64,000 bases of DNA, taken from positions 91,824,001 to 91,888,000 of the forward strand of contig OZ076409.1 of assembly GCA_964187785.1 (NCBI GenBank). Reading direction: 5' to 3'. This DNA is from Amphiscolops sp. MND2022. Its lineage: Eukaryota. The notes under the pieces were generated by a model that made no database searches, had not been told where the DNA came from, and saw only the letters and a list, made by a program, of their open reading frames with translations. Shown here piece by piece: positions 63,591 to 64,000 of this stretch. Position 1 is the first letter of the stretch. Each line of letters starts with the position of its first letter. Both the position numbers and the translations under genes were made by a program.

Positions 63591-64000
63591 CTGCGTGCGA
63601 ATAAAAGTCATTTTAGCTAGTCAAATTTTCCTATTTTTTCCTTCCAATACTGAAAACCATAGTTATTTTCAGGGTTTTGACATCGCTAATTTTTTTCCCG
63701 AATCGCTAAACCGCTAATTTCAAATTCGTTGAAAAGTTTTCCAAAATATTGGATGTTTGTCTTGGAGTATATTTTGAAATTAAATGATAACTTTAGTTTT
63801 GCAAAAAAAAAAGAATTTTTTCATAATTAGTGGGTTTTACAAGGGTAAGAGTTGAAATTTTCGAAATTTATTTTGAAACTCCATGTAAGATTCCAAGTAA
63901 ATTTTCAGTTTGGACATTGTAATAGTTGCCGCTAATTGAATAGCTGAAAAATTCCGGCGTGGCCGCTAATTCGCTAACTAGCGATGTCAATACTCTGGCA

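Larger units (their letters stand above)
60314..64000 (+). repeat. 1903-bp tandem duplication (60314-62216 / 62217-beyond window end)
   Basis: Identical ORFs at 60796 and 62699; the only difference I found is an A9/A10 homopolymer (~61900 vs ~63803). Confidence 0.97.

Overview
Repeat-saturated eukaryotic (animal-type, spliceosomal-intron) genomic DNA, not a prokaryotic locus, with one 200-N scaffold gap (25646-25845). Host genes: the 3' end of a MARK/PAR-1 kinase gene on the minus strand (KA1-domain exons 57789-57624 and 56853-56638, plus a 150-nt exon present twice, 61687-61538 and 63590-63441, because it lies in a 1903-bp tandem duplication), and two candidate exons of an unidentified plus-strand gene (1400-1546, 4192-4350). 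The rest is mostly decayed, nested transposons: a Tc1 DD34E element, three CRE-type RT/REL non-LTR retroelement copies (two head-to-head in a ~2.7 kb palindrome with a 228-bp perfectly identical tract), a Gypsy element split by a hAT-ended 4.7 kb insertion carrying a BEL/Pao fragment, a second BEL/Pao element, a MULE with a C-terminal RING finger, several MITEs, a 4.43 kb near-perfect tandem duplication, and many Helentron/DINE-1-like non-autonomous elements, some carrying tRNA-derived Pol III promoter cassettes. All calls come from manual reading and translation; identities are estimated by eye and some element boundaries are approximate.
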